A program made the position numbers and the translations under genes. Below the pieces are notes generated by a model that worked only from the letters and a program-made list of their open reading frames with translations, was not told where the DNA came from and did not search any database. DNA of 62,953 nucleotides, counting the filler. It is 4 parts of 4 records of this genome, joined end to end, with 100 filler letters (N's around TTAATTAATTAA, not from the genome) between each part and the next. Parts side by side here need not be neighbours in the genome. Positions count along the whole stretch, not along the records: positions 36,200 to 49,361 come from SRR20825019_2643; positions 49,462 to 62,953 come from SRR20825019_2646; 2 more parts are not named here. One strand, written 5' to 3'. Positions 44,422 to 57,282 of the stretch are shown piece by piece; position 1 is the first letter of the stretch; each line of letters opens with the position of its first letter.

Positions 44422-47169
44422 CTAGTCCTCCGCAGCCACACCCTGGCTTTCGTCTGGAGCAGTCGTCTGGGCAACGGGGGCCACCGGCGCGGGGGCCGGA
44501 TCCGCATTTGCCATAGGAGGTCGTTGGAACGACAGAGCGCGAGTCATGATGAGGAGGTACCGTACGGCCTCCTGGAAAGCCGGCGCGGCGCTCTTTACAC
44601 GGGCGATTGCGTCCGCGGAGAAGACCGGGATCGGCAGGGTATCGAGGTTCGTGAGGGGCGCATCGGGGTTGAAGGGCGGCGGCTGAGGCTCCGGGGGCTT
44701 GATGAGCTTTCCATTGCTATCGTACTGTGGCCTCGGTGGCTCCGGCTCCGGCTGGCGTAGGGTCAGTACGGCGCGTGTGTGCACATTAAAGGAACCATGG
44801 AAACAAACAAATGCACGACGCGCTCATGTGACTGACTGAAACAGCGCCGTGGATAGACGCGCGCGACTCGTACCACACTACCCGCAGCTATGACAACAAC
44901 CCTCCCATCACTCTCCATCCACTCACCTCGGGTTCCTTCTCCTCGGGAGGCTCCAAGTCAACCTCCTTGAGGCACTGCTCAAGCCGGTAGTGGTACTCCA
45001 CCTTGAGGATGTCTGTCCACAGATCAACTTCTCCCTCAACGGGCCAGTACACATCCACGCCGTCCTGAGTCTGCATAGCTTCGATGCAGTTTGGCATGAA
45101 GGTCACTCCCTGCTTGTTCACGGCCAGATGCTGCCATCCGGGGGACTCAGGCTCGGGAGGAGGCTTGGAATGGTCAAGGTGTTCGTGGATCCTAACAACG
45201 CATTCGTCGGGTCCGCGGCGGTGGTTCCACCTGGAGGAACTGACGGCAAAGCCGGCAACGGCGCAGCTGACCTCAAACGTGGTTTTGTCGTCGATCTCGG
45301 TAGACTTGAGCTCAATGCCTTCGATCTTTTCTGCAGCTTCAGGCTTCGGCATAATTAGGTAGCCGGAGCGAACCAGCTCGTTCAGAAGATGGCCCGGGCG
45401 GAGCGGCGACGTAAGTCGCTGCAGCTCTGGCCTGCTGGGCTCCTTGAGCGTGCAGTATCCCTCACCGATCTAACGGGCCTCCGTAAGAGTCCAGAACAGA
45501 ATGCCGCCCGCCAATTCTCCAGACTCACCTCAATCTGAATCTCCTCGAACGAAGTCTTCAGGACGAATATTGCACTGTTGACCCCGTTGGGGTAGATCAT
45601 CCACGACTCGTACGGAATGTCGATGAAGCGCTCGGAAAGCAGCGCGAACGCTGCCATACGAGTGGTCTCGAACTTGATGGTCCTGTGGACAGAGTCAAAC
45701 TGCGGCTCGTGGACACCATCCGTGTTCCAGTTCTGGTCCTCCTCATCCCACCATCCGATCTAAAAAAAAGAAGATGGGGTTAGCGTCATCGGGAATTGAA
45801 CGCAAGGCGGGAGTTGGGCGAACCTTCGGCGGCATCGTGCGGAGAACGATGTGCTCTGCCAAGGGGAATGATATCCTGAACGACGGTCCACCCTGGTTTG
45901 CCATGGGGACGCGGGGCGCCGGAGCGTACTCTGCACCGGTGGGGGGGAGCGGGTACGGCAGGACCACAAGGTTGTTCTCGAGTCCATTCATCTGGCGCAT
46001 CGTCCACCCCTTCACCTCCACGGGGGGCGGGGGGATCGCCATTAAGTCCATCGAAAAGACGCCACCGACGCTGACGTACTCGCTCATGCTGCGATGCGAG
46101 AAGTGGTCGTATGTGAAATGCACCATCCGCACCGCGACATTGGCAAGCACCAGAGCCTGCGGGTGTGTCAGTCCGGCCAGAAGAGTTACCAACTACACCG
46201 GGGCCTACCTTGGGGAGATCGAACCAGGTGTTGAGATCCTCATATTCAATCTTCTTTACACGAAGGTTCTTGGCCATATTTACCCACATCCCAAACTTGA
46301 TATCAGGCATGTTCAGTGAGATCTGTAGCGTCTTGTTTTCCGTCTGAAGTTCCTCAGAGTACATCAACACCTTGGCAGTCGCAATGTCCAGTTTCTGATT
46401 GCTGATATCGCGAAGTTCATACCTGTAGCACCATAAGTAAGCCGACCCCCGCCACCACTCCGCCCGCAGCCACTCACTGAATCTCTTTCAAGACATTAAC
46501 CCAACCTTCATGTCTCCTCTCTTGTGCAAACGAAATGACGCCAGCCATGTCGTTGTTGATGTCCTCGGCGGCCTGGCAGTCATCCAGGACCGGGTCCACA
46601 TCGTCTCCCTTGTGTTCCCTCCACGCAGATATGTACGTGTTCAATTCCCCCTCCTTGTTCGCGTCAGGAAGCTCGGAGCACTCCAAGAACTTCACCCAGT
46701 CCTCCCGGTCGAGCTGCTTCTGCTCGGCCTCTCTTAGCTCCTTGTTCCTCACACTCAAGGCCATCAGTGCCTCCTTCTTCTCCTCTGCAAACCGATACAT
46801 CAGCCCGAGCACCAAACCAGCCGTACTCGTCGCGTTACCTTCCAGAGACTCATCAACAGCAACCTGTTTCTCTGCACGCTCAATCTTCTGCTTTTCTAGT
46901 TCCTCCTGCCACCGCACGCGCTGCCTCTCCAGCTCCTCCTGCTCCAAGCGCCTTCGCTCTGCCTGGAGTCCCCAAATGTCAACACCACACCCGTCCACTC
47001 CATCCCCCCATCAACGCCTACCTCCTCCTCGGCAAGACGCATGGCCTCCAGCTCGGCCGCTGTGGGCCCCTTTTTCTTCTTCTTTCCTCCCTTCTTCTTA
47101 GGGGGCTGCACCACAGCACGTTAGACACCATCTCCCCAGCCACCGCACAGACAAGCCTCCACATACCAT
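44422..47169 (-). CDS. DNAI7: Axonemal dynein intermediate chain IC97/CASC1 (DNAI7/CFAP94)-like, multi-exon; first coding exon is the ATG alone
   Basis: ATG, then intron 47106-47166, then PPKKKGGKKKKK. WVKFLECSELPD...ELNTYISAW, VGGVFSMDLMAIPPPP.EVKGW and DIPYESW resemble CASC1/IC97. Confidence 0.75.
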
Positions 47170-48150
47170 GGTTGCTATCACTGATGAATGGGAAGTGTTG
47201 GTGGTGTATATTTATGCCAAAGTTCTTTTGAGGCAATAGCATCAGTCGGCCCAATCACCACTCTGGCCGGCGTGCCACCCATGGAGGCTCACCGGTCCAG
47301 CGGCTAGGTCCGCGAGGTGGTATCGTGGGTTCTGGGCCTCTGTTCGCCCACCGGGTTTTGCAGTCGGGGCCGGCGGCCGGGGTGCTCCGAACGAGGATGA
47401 CCATCACAAGGAGGCCGAGGGCACCGCCGGCCATTGCACGATTCTTTGGATGGCTGAGGAGCAGTTACTGGGACACTGGTGTTTTGCGAATTTGAACTGG
47501 CCCGGTGCCCATGATTGGATCAGTGTGGCACCCGTCGGGCGGACGGTGACTGCCGCGGCCTCGCGCACACAGCACGCTGAGTGAGACTCGGGAGAATTGA
47601 AAACTGGTCGTTATATCAAGATCCAACGGAAGTGGTTTGAGACCAGACCACGTTTAAGACCATAACCAATCAAAGATGGTCAGTTTGAGGCCGTGGCCGG
47701 TCTCAGTGACCGTTCAGGCACGCCCCGTCTCGGCCCGCGGCGGCGGCGCGCGGCCGCCGGGCGGCCGGCCGGCCACATGGTGACCGGCCACCGTGGAGCC
47801 GGAGACCGGGGGCGCCCCGCACCCGAGCCGCAGTGATGGGCGCCCCCCGGCCGGCCGGGCCGCGGGCCTCGGGCGCCCCCGGCCCCCGCCTCTGTGCGGA
47901 GACCGTGGACAGTGTGCGCAAACGCGCCGGCCCCGGCCCTCCGGTGACCCTCAGCTCAACTGTTGGTTCGGCATACCAGGGCTGTCGATTGTTCCCTCTT
48001 CCTACTTCGCTCGGCTTGATCCCGGTTTCAGCGAGGACCCGTCGCAGCTCTTGTACTCGGCTCACCTCACGTTCGAGTGTGCGCGTGACACTATCTCTTC
48101 GATCCTACATCTAAGTGTTTTCACACGGCAGAACGTCTTGAGCGCACCAA

Positions 48151-49335
48151 ATGGAAAGGGAGGATCGCATCCGGTCGATCGTGAACAAGTATGCTCCTCG
48201 ACGATCGAGTGCGGTGGGCACCAGCTCCCTCCAGCGGCTACTGGAAGTCAGCCAATCGGGCGGGAGCGTCTCGTCCTTCAGGACACCCGACTCTGCCAAG
48301 GCGCCTACTCCCACCATTCCCTCCAACGTAACCGCGGCCGGGCGGACCTCGATGCAGGACCAGTTTTCCCTTTCTGAACCTCAGTCAGCAGTCAGCAGTA
48401 GGTCCGTTAGCGTTGCGAACTCCCCGCGGGCTATGGGCTCTTCTCCGGTGGTGTCTGCAAAATCGGGCCTGTTCCAGCGTGCCGGTGTGTGGCCAAGCCA
48501 ATCTAATGGCTCGGTTCAGGGGGTTTCCCAGGGGGTTTCCCAGGGGCTTGCTGTTGATGGTGGTGAGAAGGTGGGGGCCGAGTCACAAGGGTTAGCCCCG
48601 CCACAGTTGAGCGAGGGATCTGGTGGGACACCGGGTGTGGCGGAGGAAGGGACGGTCCACTCCAAGGGTTGGGCAAAGAAAGCCAAGAAGGATAAAGAAA
48701 ACGAAGCCGAGGAGTTCAAACTGTGGCGAAAGCCGCGGCTCATCTCGTCGTGGCACGACGAGAACGAGGAGGAGGAGGAAAGGAAAAGCAGCTGGGGGTG
48801 AGTGTTATTTGTGTTTGTCTCTACAGACTCCCCAGTTTTGTGTTTGTGGGGCCGACTGGTTTGTGGGGCCGACTGGTCTGTGCACGGCTCTTACCACTGC
48901 ATTGTTGCAGAGAGCTTTTTCAGGACCTCATTTACGTCGGCGTGGTCAGTCGACTCTCCAGCGACTTCCGAGAGTACGACCACTTGTCAGTACTGCGCTA
49001 TCTGATCATTTATATACCGCTGTTTCGGCTCTGGCTGGTAAGACCCTGCTTGCTTCCGTCTTCCATCGTTGGTGTGCCGTGGTGCAATCGTGATAACCCA
49101 GCCATTAACAGGATGTCACTGCTTACGCGACATGGCTCCACCAGGAAGATCTGATCCACAGCATATTCTATCTGCTGGTTATGGGAGTGGTGCTAGGAAT
49201 TGGTTCATCGGCATCTCTGGTGTTTGAGGTCACTGCCAAGTCCTGGCAATTCTCTTTGTTCATTATATGCGGGCAGCTGCTCGTTGCGGGAATGTACTTC
49301 CGTGCAGCGTTCCATATTTCCACCATCAGACAGGT
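48151..49335 (+). CDS. Low-temperature requirement A (LtrA) family membrane protein, 5' part (truncated)
   Basis: Low-complexity N-terminus, then ERKSSWG, an intron, and ELFQDLIYVGVVSRL followed by hydrophobic exons; matches the LtrA W.ELFFDL motif. Confidence 0.7.
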
Positions 49336-49361
49336 AATACCCCCCCCCCCCCCCCCCCCCC

Positions 49362-49461
49362 NNNNNNNNNNNNNNNNNNNNNNNNNNNNNNNNNNNNNNN
49401 NNNNNTTAATTAATTAANNNNNNNNNNNNNNNNNNNNNNNNNNNNNNNNNNNNNNNNNNNN
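49362..49461. other. Artificial contig spacer
   Basis: N-TTAATTAATTAA-N. Confidence 0.99.
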
Positions 49462-49492
49462 CCCCCACCCACCCACCCACCCACCCACCCCC
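49462..49492 (+). repeat. (CCCA)n microsatellite at contig start
   Basis: CCCCCACCCACCCACCCACCCACCCACCC directly visible. Confidence 0.9.
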
Positions 49493-50171
49493 CCGGCCCG
49501 AGTTGGCCAGTCAGCTTCGTAGTGCTGACTACTGATACGTATTAATACCACTGCCCTTTCCCTCAGACGAATACTAATTCCACACTACTTGGTGCTAACA
49601 TAGTATTGTGGATTTTCGTGTTATGATAAGAAGCTTTACAAGAAACCATAAGTCTATATCAAATATTCAGAAAACCTGACCGAAAAAAGGTAGCACAAAA
49701 AACAAGAAACAACACTACTAGATATATCAAGGACTAACTAAATGGCTGGCTCGAGACAAGTGACAAACACATCAGGGACTTCTCCACCTGAGGAGGCAAC
49801 CAGTGCGCTGCGACAGTGGCTGCAGTGGGCTCAACACCGAAGGCAAATGCGAGATGCATTTGATAACTTTCGGGTAACGAGCAACCGAGGCCCCGCATGA
49901 CAAACCCTGTAACATTGATACTACTAAACTAACTGACACCTTACATGCATTGTGACTACTGCCCGACTCCTCCATTTGGATTCGAACACTGAAACACCAT
50001 TGGTTTGGAAGCAGCTTCGCACTTTTACTCCCGAACCATCTCCCCATATTCTCATGTGCACATAATGGGAAGATGATTACCAAACAGTCTCCCCTCCACA
50101 AGTGAAACGTTTTGTACAGGGTCAGGCTTCGCGTTAGTAATACAAGAAAAAGATTTCAAGGAATGAATCAT

Positions 50172-51328
50172 TCACGCCCTCATGGACGACTTCAAGCTTT
50201 TCAGCTCGGCCGGATTTCCACCCAAAGTAAGGTTAGTCTTCCTCTGTTGGAAGCGCATCGAGAGAGCATCAGGGTCATCAGACCTGTTTCCTGCAACATT
50301 GTAGCCAGACATGGTCTTCACGGCGTCAGAGTGAGCGTCCTTCAGCTGCCTAACGTTCTCCATGATGTTCTCGACCAGTGGCGCTGCGCTCTCCACTGAT
50401 AGCACTGATATGAGCATTTGTCTATGAACTTGGTACAGTGCCACCTACCACTTCCCATATCACCAGCCATCTCCTGCAACTTGTTCACGTCGACCTGATT
50501 AAGAGCCTCAATTTCCGCGTGCATCGCTCCACGCATGTATTTTGCGGCGGACAGTTTCTTCCGGAGAACCTTGATTTCGTTGTTTAGTGCGTTCTCCTCC
50601 TCCCCATTAGCAACGTCTTCTCTCTGCACCCGACCATCAAAAACACGGCAGCGACAGTCCACAACAAACGAACCTTCTGGAACGGGGGGACAACAATGCC
50701 GTCTGGGACCTTGAAGATGTTCCTCTTCAAGTACAGCTCGAACTTATCGAAGTTGGCATCAATAGAATCCTTCAACTTCTCCATCAAGTCATTGAGGCAC
50801 TGTGCTAATACGTCAGCTCATGTACACAAAAGAGCTTGACCAGCAGACGCCCCTCCCGCCAACTAAGCTCGCGCGGCACAAGATAGCAACATAAAATTCA
50901 CATCTTCGAACTCTATACCGATACCACGTCCACTCGCACAAAATCTATCAGCACCATTCTTTCCAATACTTACGTGGTGAATCTTCCGTTCAAGCTCAGA
51001 ACGGAGCTCAGTCGAAGCATCGGAGGGAATGCACTCTTCGCGCAGCTTCAACTCGATAGTGTCGATGGCTGCACAACGACTTGTGAGCACGCAGCACGCA
51101 GTTCTACCGGCCGACGGCATGCATTCAGCATAGTGCCTTGGTACCACCACACATACCATCACAAGAATATTCGGTTGCCGCGTTGATTACGTCGTCGGCG
51201 AAGAGCGTTGGCTCGAGGCCCAGGACAGGCTCCGAGTAGGCACCGTCTTGACCAGAAGGAGCAGCCCCAGAAGCGGACGCCCCCTGGGTCTCGTCGACGT
51301 GTGTAGGTTGCTCACTATGGTTTTCCAT
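50172..51328 (-). CDS. MIS12: Kinetochore protein Mis12-like, multi-exon
   Basis: LGLEPTLFADDVINAA and IDANFDKFELYLKRNIFKVP are the Mis12 signature blocks, followed by coiled coil. Confidence 0.82.
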
Positions 51329-52132
51329 TCTAGTGTCTGCAGAGATCTGTCTGTGTGAGTGCATGTAAATATACGTATATATTCTCTTGGCATCAACAGG
51401 GGGCGGGAGGACCTATGCGGTAGCGCCCGTCTCATGAAGCATGCCTGCCGGCGCCGTCCGTTCTGTTGCAAAGGCTTGGCTTTTGCGATACTCTCTTGTG
51501 GCGAGCTCGACGCAGACCACAGTGTAAGGCAGAGGCCGACCGCTGGGCGTCCCACTGTGGCCCTTTTCCAACGGGCCTGACACAGCCCTGCTCTGGAGCC
51601 CGGGCCGGGCAGTCCGCCTAGCCGGCCTCGCAAGTGTGCGCGCGCCAAGCGTTCAAAGAGGATCGTTCGGAAACGGTCATATTCTAGGCCCCCCTCGACT
51701 TACACCATAATCTCAATCAATCTCGTCGGTGAGATTCAATCAAGAAACGTAACGACAAGACACGCCGAGCAAGATCATGTTGGGCGCTCTGCACCCGGCA
51801 GCGTGACGCCAACGGTGAGCCAGTCATTACGCGCCCTATCAGGGGCCGGTGATAATCACGACCCTCTCGGTGATCCCACGGCCACACTCACGGCGGCAGG
51901 AGGATGACGAATGGTCATAAGGGGTCATGGCCAACGGGAACACGGGGGCGGCTTTGGGCACTTGGTGCTCCACGGACAGCCCTGGTACCGGGACACAGCG
52001 GGTTTGATGCTGCTGCTGTAGAAACCAGTCCTTGGCGCGCTGTCATATATGTGACACCACCTCATGTTTTTTAATGAGGACATAATATAGACTAACCCGG
52101 GGGTACTCGAAGAGAAATCTGAACCTGTGAAG

Positions 52133-55100
52133 ATGCCGCAGCAGGTGCTTGGCTCTGGAGGGAAAAGCTGGTCGCGGTTCGGGGCATATCCTAACAGTGC
52201 CGCCGATGATGCTTACCTCTCAAAGTCAGCAAGCATGAGTGTCCGGACACAAGAGATCCTCACAGCTGGAAGTTATGCTGGCGACATGAGCAACTTCAAG
52301 TCACTGTCGTATTTAGATGGAAAGGATGGAGACGGCGGGAGGGCACAATATGATAAAACGGCAATGCACCATGGAGTCGCTGAAATCAAGTCGCGGATCT
52401 CCGCGGCGCTGCTGAGTGGAGCAGTGATTGTGGGTATTGAGCATTGTACTGGTTGTTCACGAGGCTCGCACGACCACAAAAACGAGGTAAAGATGCCCGC
52501 TCCCTAAACTGATCCCTCCCTTACCATCGTTTGTGCAGGACTATGAGGAAGCCTTCAACTCGCTTGGGTTCTACCTGGAAGACAATGTCACCCGTATAAG
52601 GGCGAAGATGGCTCAGTCAGGTCGCCAGGAACAGATTATACCGCCCGTTAAAGTGGTGGGGAACTGCGATGGAGCGCCTCGACTCAATGCATTTGAAGTT
52701 TATTACTGGTTCAACAACCGAAAGATCCTCATTTTTAGCAAGTTGAAGTCTGGGAAGTTACCAAAGAACGAGGTCATCTTGGCGGCACTGAAGTTTGCCT
52801 TGCGTCGAGATGGCACTGGGAGCAAGGCAGAGATGCCCCCAAAAGATTCATTTGCGTCTCCGATTCCCCTGTGGCCACATGCTCACCTTTTTCCTTACAA
52901 TTGCTTATATGACAAAGGAAGTACCGTAGAGGTGCCCAAGCATGAAGCGAATGTGGACCGAGGGAAGCAGGTTGACAAAGGAGGGCAAAAGAAAGAGAAG
53001 CGCCTTCACCCTGGAAGCTCCATCCCCAAAACTCATTTGATGGAAAGTGACAAAATAGCAAGCCCAGGTTCATTCTTCCCTGATATTTCGAAACGAAGTT
53101 CTTCAAGTAGCAAGAGCAGAAAGACGGCCACCTCGCCGACGGTAACATCATCGGGGTCTCCAGTGAGGTTGGGTTCGTCAGGGTCGGACGGAACGAACTA
53201 TGAGGAGGCAGTGGTGTCCCCACCCCCATACAGATCTCACAAGGATCAGAGCGGTGGGCACGAGGAGTCTCCCTCCATCCGGAAAAACCTGAGGCGGAGC
53301 TCCTACTTGGGGGGTGTACTTGCCGCTGTGAAAACGGATGGACGTGAGTTACAAGACGCGAGACTGCTCAAGAGTGACATTTATACTTCGGAAGAGGTTG
53401 AGTTGGTGAGCCGGACAACATCGTCGGAAACCCTGAAGCTGCGCAAAGTTATCCATTCCGAGGATGACAATGGTAAGAGCTTGCATTCGAGGCATAGCGA
53501 ACGGCCGTGGAGGACGACAGACATGCGCGGAAAGGGAAGCCGATCTCCGAGATCGACCGCCAGCACTCCAAGTGCAGCCGCATCTCGCGGCCATATCACT
53601 CCGCCGACACCATCCACAGAAATCGATGCCAGGTCAGGCAGCGGAGGAGAGCAGGGGAAGACACAGACATTAGTTGTACACGAGGCCTTGGCGAGGAGGA
53701 TTGAGGAAGCGACAGCTCAGTATACCAGTAGCAGTGATAGCGAAAGCTCTGGTAATAACGTGGGGACGAGAAAGAGAAAGAAGAATGAGCGCGGCGCGAG
53801 GAGCGCTGTGTCTGAGCCCGGGTCACGGTCACAAAGTGTAGGGCGGGCGTCTTCTAGGAGGTCGCGGAAAAAGAGTCAGAGCAGTACTGAGAAAGAGCTA
53901 AGGGGAATGAAGGCCTCTGCTGAGTCCTCACGGAACTCGACGTCGCGCAAGAAGCAACCGGTGAAATCTCCGCGGGAGCCAGTGTATGTGATGGAAGGCT
54001 CATCCAAGCCGGCTCCGAGTGATAGAAACAACAAGCGGACAAACAGATGGCTGGTGGACTTGGTCGAGAAGAATTTCAGATCCAGTGAGGAAGCCAGGAC
54101 TAACCGCTACGCCAAGGAGGTGAACGCTGTCAAGCAGCACATGGAGGATAAATCCATTAACCTCTCGCATCTTCCCCACAAACCTGTGAATCAGGCTTCC
54201 ATCGGAACGATGCTGCGGGAGTCCTTGTTAAAGGCTCAGGAACAGAAGGAGGCCGACGAAAAAGGCAAGGAGAGGGAACTCGAGGCTAGGAGAGCCGCGG
54301 AGAAGGCGGTTAAAGCTAAGAGTGAACAACGCAAGCTCGCATCATCCACTCGCGCCGCAATTTCTAACCTTGCACCAGCGTCGGTGAGCGTCCCTGTTAC
54401 GCAGCGTGAATCAGAAAACACTGAAGAAAGGAGCCGACGGCGGGGAGGAGGGTACGGTGGCGGGGTAAAGAGCAACCCTGTCACATCAAGACTGCCCACA
54501 TCCGCCCAGTCCGACCGGAGAGAAGGATCTGTAGAAGAGAGTGAGCCAATTCAGAATTCCATCGAGAGCTCTTCAAGCGGCTCTGAGACTGAAAAGGATG
54601 ACACTGAAGAAGTGGAGTGCAATACGGGGGGTGATGGTTTGGCTGAAACGGAAGGAGGAAAGGAAAGCTTGACGAAGGACAGGCCTTCTGGAGAACTTGA
54701 GGAAAACCCTGAAGATGACACTGGGGATGGTCAGGCGGAAGATGCGAAGGAGATCGTTGAGGCTGACGTAGAGGGAAGAAGCGGCACTGCCCCGACGAGG
54801 ACAGAGGCGGAGCCACGGCCAAACAATGAGCCTGGTGCAAGTGTACGCAACAGCTTCACGTCGCCTCGCAAGAGTGCCAGGGGGAAGAAACTATCAGCCA
54901 GGGGAGCACCAACCACACCCAAGACCCCGCGCGTAGTTGTGGACAATCTTGCAATAGGTCCTTCACCACGGGGGTCCCGCGAGAATAGAGAAACCATCCT
55001 CCCTAACGGGCATGTGGAAAGGCAGCCAAGCCCTGAGCCCGTGCCGGAACCGGAGCCTGTTGTTGACTGGAACCGTAGTGATACTGCCATGTGCATCCGT

Positions 55101-57113
55101 CTTGGTTGCCGCAAGTGGGTCGTCATGGAGAATGATGTTATTACATCCACGCATATGTGTCAGCGCGGGAACGATTCCAAGTCTGACTCTGGCGAGAAGG
55201 ATGCCGATGTGTCCGATACCGACAGTGAGCAGGAAGAAGATTCCACACCGATTGAAGTTGCGCCCGAGGATGGAGAGGGCGTAAAGATCCAGGCACCAGA
55301 CCAAGCTCCGAATGCGTCGCCTAGCCCTCCCTCACGCTTGAGCATGGCACCGAGCCCGGCACCAACCTTAGCGATACCCGTTAGAACGCCGCGGGACGTT
55401 TGCCGATATCACCCGGGTATCTTCGACTTTGCTCATCCCAACGGATGGTGGAAGGACCACTGGACATGCTGCGGGAAGGAATGGACCGCACCAGGTTGTA
55501 CCAAGGGGGAGCACAAGGTGAAAACTGCAGAATCTGTGAGCCAGCTGTGCAAGAATTGCGGGCGTTGGTTCATGCAATGCGAGAACACAGAGGATTCCTG
55601 TGGTGGGCATGGAAGGCACACTGGCTACGCAGATTGGCCTCACCCTAACGGAAAGAACCGGTTTGTGAAAAACGGCGTGCAAGGAAGATCGCGGGACCCC
55701 AAGAAAGCCAAGCCTATGGACCCTGAACTGGTTTCCTTCCTGCAGTGGTGCCTTCCTAAGATGGGCTTGCGGTGGGGGGCCTTTGAGCGCCAGAACCAAT
55801 TCAACGACCGTCCCCAATTCATCATGTGGAAGAAGCGCTTGAGCACTAGGTGTGAGCAGCTGAAGCTTAAAGGTCCACAGGGATATAGACAGTACCTGGA
55901 GAAGAATTTCCCAAAATGTAACCTCAAGACAGCCGATGAGAACAATGAATGGCGCGTCCTGGAGAAAATGTTCCGATTTGATATCAGTCACTTCTATAGA
56001 GACAGAGAGGTATACGATGATATCGCACAGAATCATTTTAAGAGGATGTGTGAACTCGCAAACGCCACTAGCGGAGAATCAGACGAAACTCCAGAAGGGG
56101 AATCGAAGGCAGTTCGGGTGTGGTGTGCTGGTTGTGCTTCAGGCGAGGAGCCCTATACGCTGAAGGTGTTGTGGAATGACATTGTGCAGAAGAATCCATT
56201 GGAGATTATGGCAACCGATGTCAATGCGTCATCCATCGCACGAGCGACCAAGGGCAGATACAGGTTCCTCCCTCCCAACCTCCCTCAGTCATTTATTGAC
56301 AAGACATTCATCTGCGGTGGACGTGGGCGGGCATATTCGATTCGAAACGAGTTGAGGGAAGGAATTGACTTCCAGGTTCAAGATATCCGTCATCACACCC
56401 CGGATGGACCTCTCCATATGATCTTCTCCCGAAGGTGCCTCTTCCTTTACTTTGATATTGTTGTCCAAAAGATTGTGCTCCAAAAAATGCTTGAGAGGTT
56501 GGTAGTTGGAGGCCTTTTGATAGTAGGCTACCGGGAGAAGCTACCATGCCAAGTCAAGGGGCTGGTAGAAGTACGGCCTTGCCTATGGATGAAGACCGAG
56601 GAGTGTGTGCCACCGTATGTGAGCCTTACAGCAGAGGAGATGGAGAAAGCACTCGAAGGAGAAGATGAGGAGGAGGAGGAAGTGGCGGAGAACAATGAAT
56701 CCATGAAATCCGAAGATCCCGGCATAGAAAACGAATCCTTCAGCAGGTCCGCCAGCACCTGCGAAATGGTATCCAATGAACCTGAATGGTTTGAACTACA
56801 AAAAAAACCAGAGGTTGAACAGGAGGAAGTTGAACTGAAGGACCCTAAGGAAGAGCAGGGAAGGCAGTCAGTAAGGAGCAACACAAGTTCAAGTGAGAAG
56901 AGCGTGGGCGTTAATGACGAAAATGCCGGAAGTCGTGGCTCTTCATACCCTGCCAGCGACATACAAGAAAGTGAGAGTGAATCTGAGGAGTCGGATATTG
57001 AGAATGAGGTGTGGGGCCGCGCCAGCATTAGAGAACGCAGGCAAGACTTCTCCAAGACCAAGTATAAGATCAAGGAGTCACTCGACTGGTTCGCCAACAA
57101 CGGTTTGTTCTAA
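52133..57113 (+). CDS. Rdx/SelW-like domain + long disordered region + Cys/His zinc motifs + CheR-type SAM methyltransferase; join(52133..52486,52539..57113)
   Basis: 52-nt phase-0 intron at 52487-52538. Rdx: IEHCTGC...PRLNAFEV...FSKLKSGKLP. Zinc motif: CRYHPG...WTCCG...GCTKGEH. CheR: ISHFYRD, VWCAGCASGEEPYTL, ATDVN, LFLYFD, GGLLIVGYRE. Confidence 0.85.
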
Positions 57114-57282
57114 TTATAGAAACATGGGGGTTGGGGGGGGGGTAAGGCCTCCGCGTTCCTCTTTGTTGGATGAAGAACGAATAAAGAGTACATCACCTAT
57201 TTACAAAAGCACACGAATGATATCACATCCACTTGGTCGCTTTGAAGAATGTCAGTTTACTACTCGCAGCTCACTGCCGCTA

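Noticed and set aside
48151-49335. LtrA as a recent bacterial gene transfer
   Set aside because: LtrA-family proteins are widespread in fungi and protists, and this copy has ordinary introns.
52430-52460. Selenoprotein possibility for the Rdx-like domain
   Set aside because: The motif is CTGC with TGT codons; there is no in-frame TGA.
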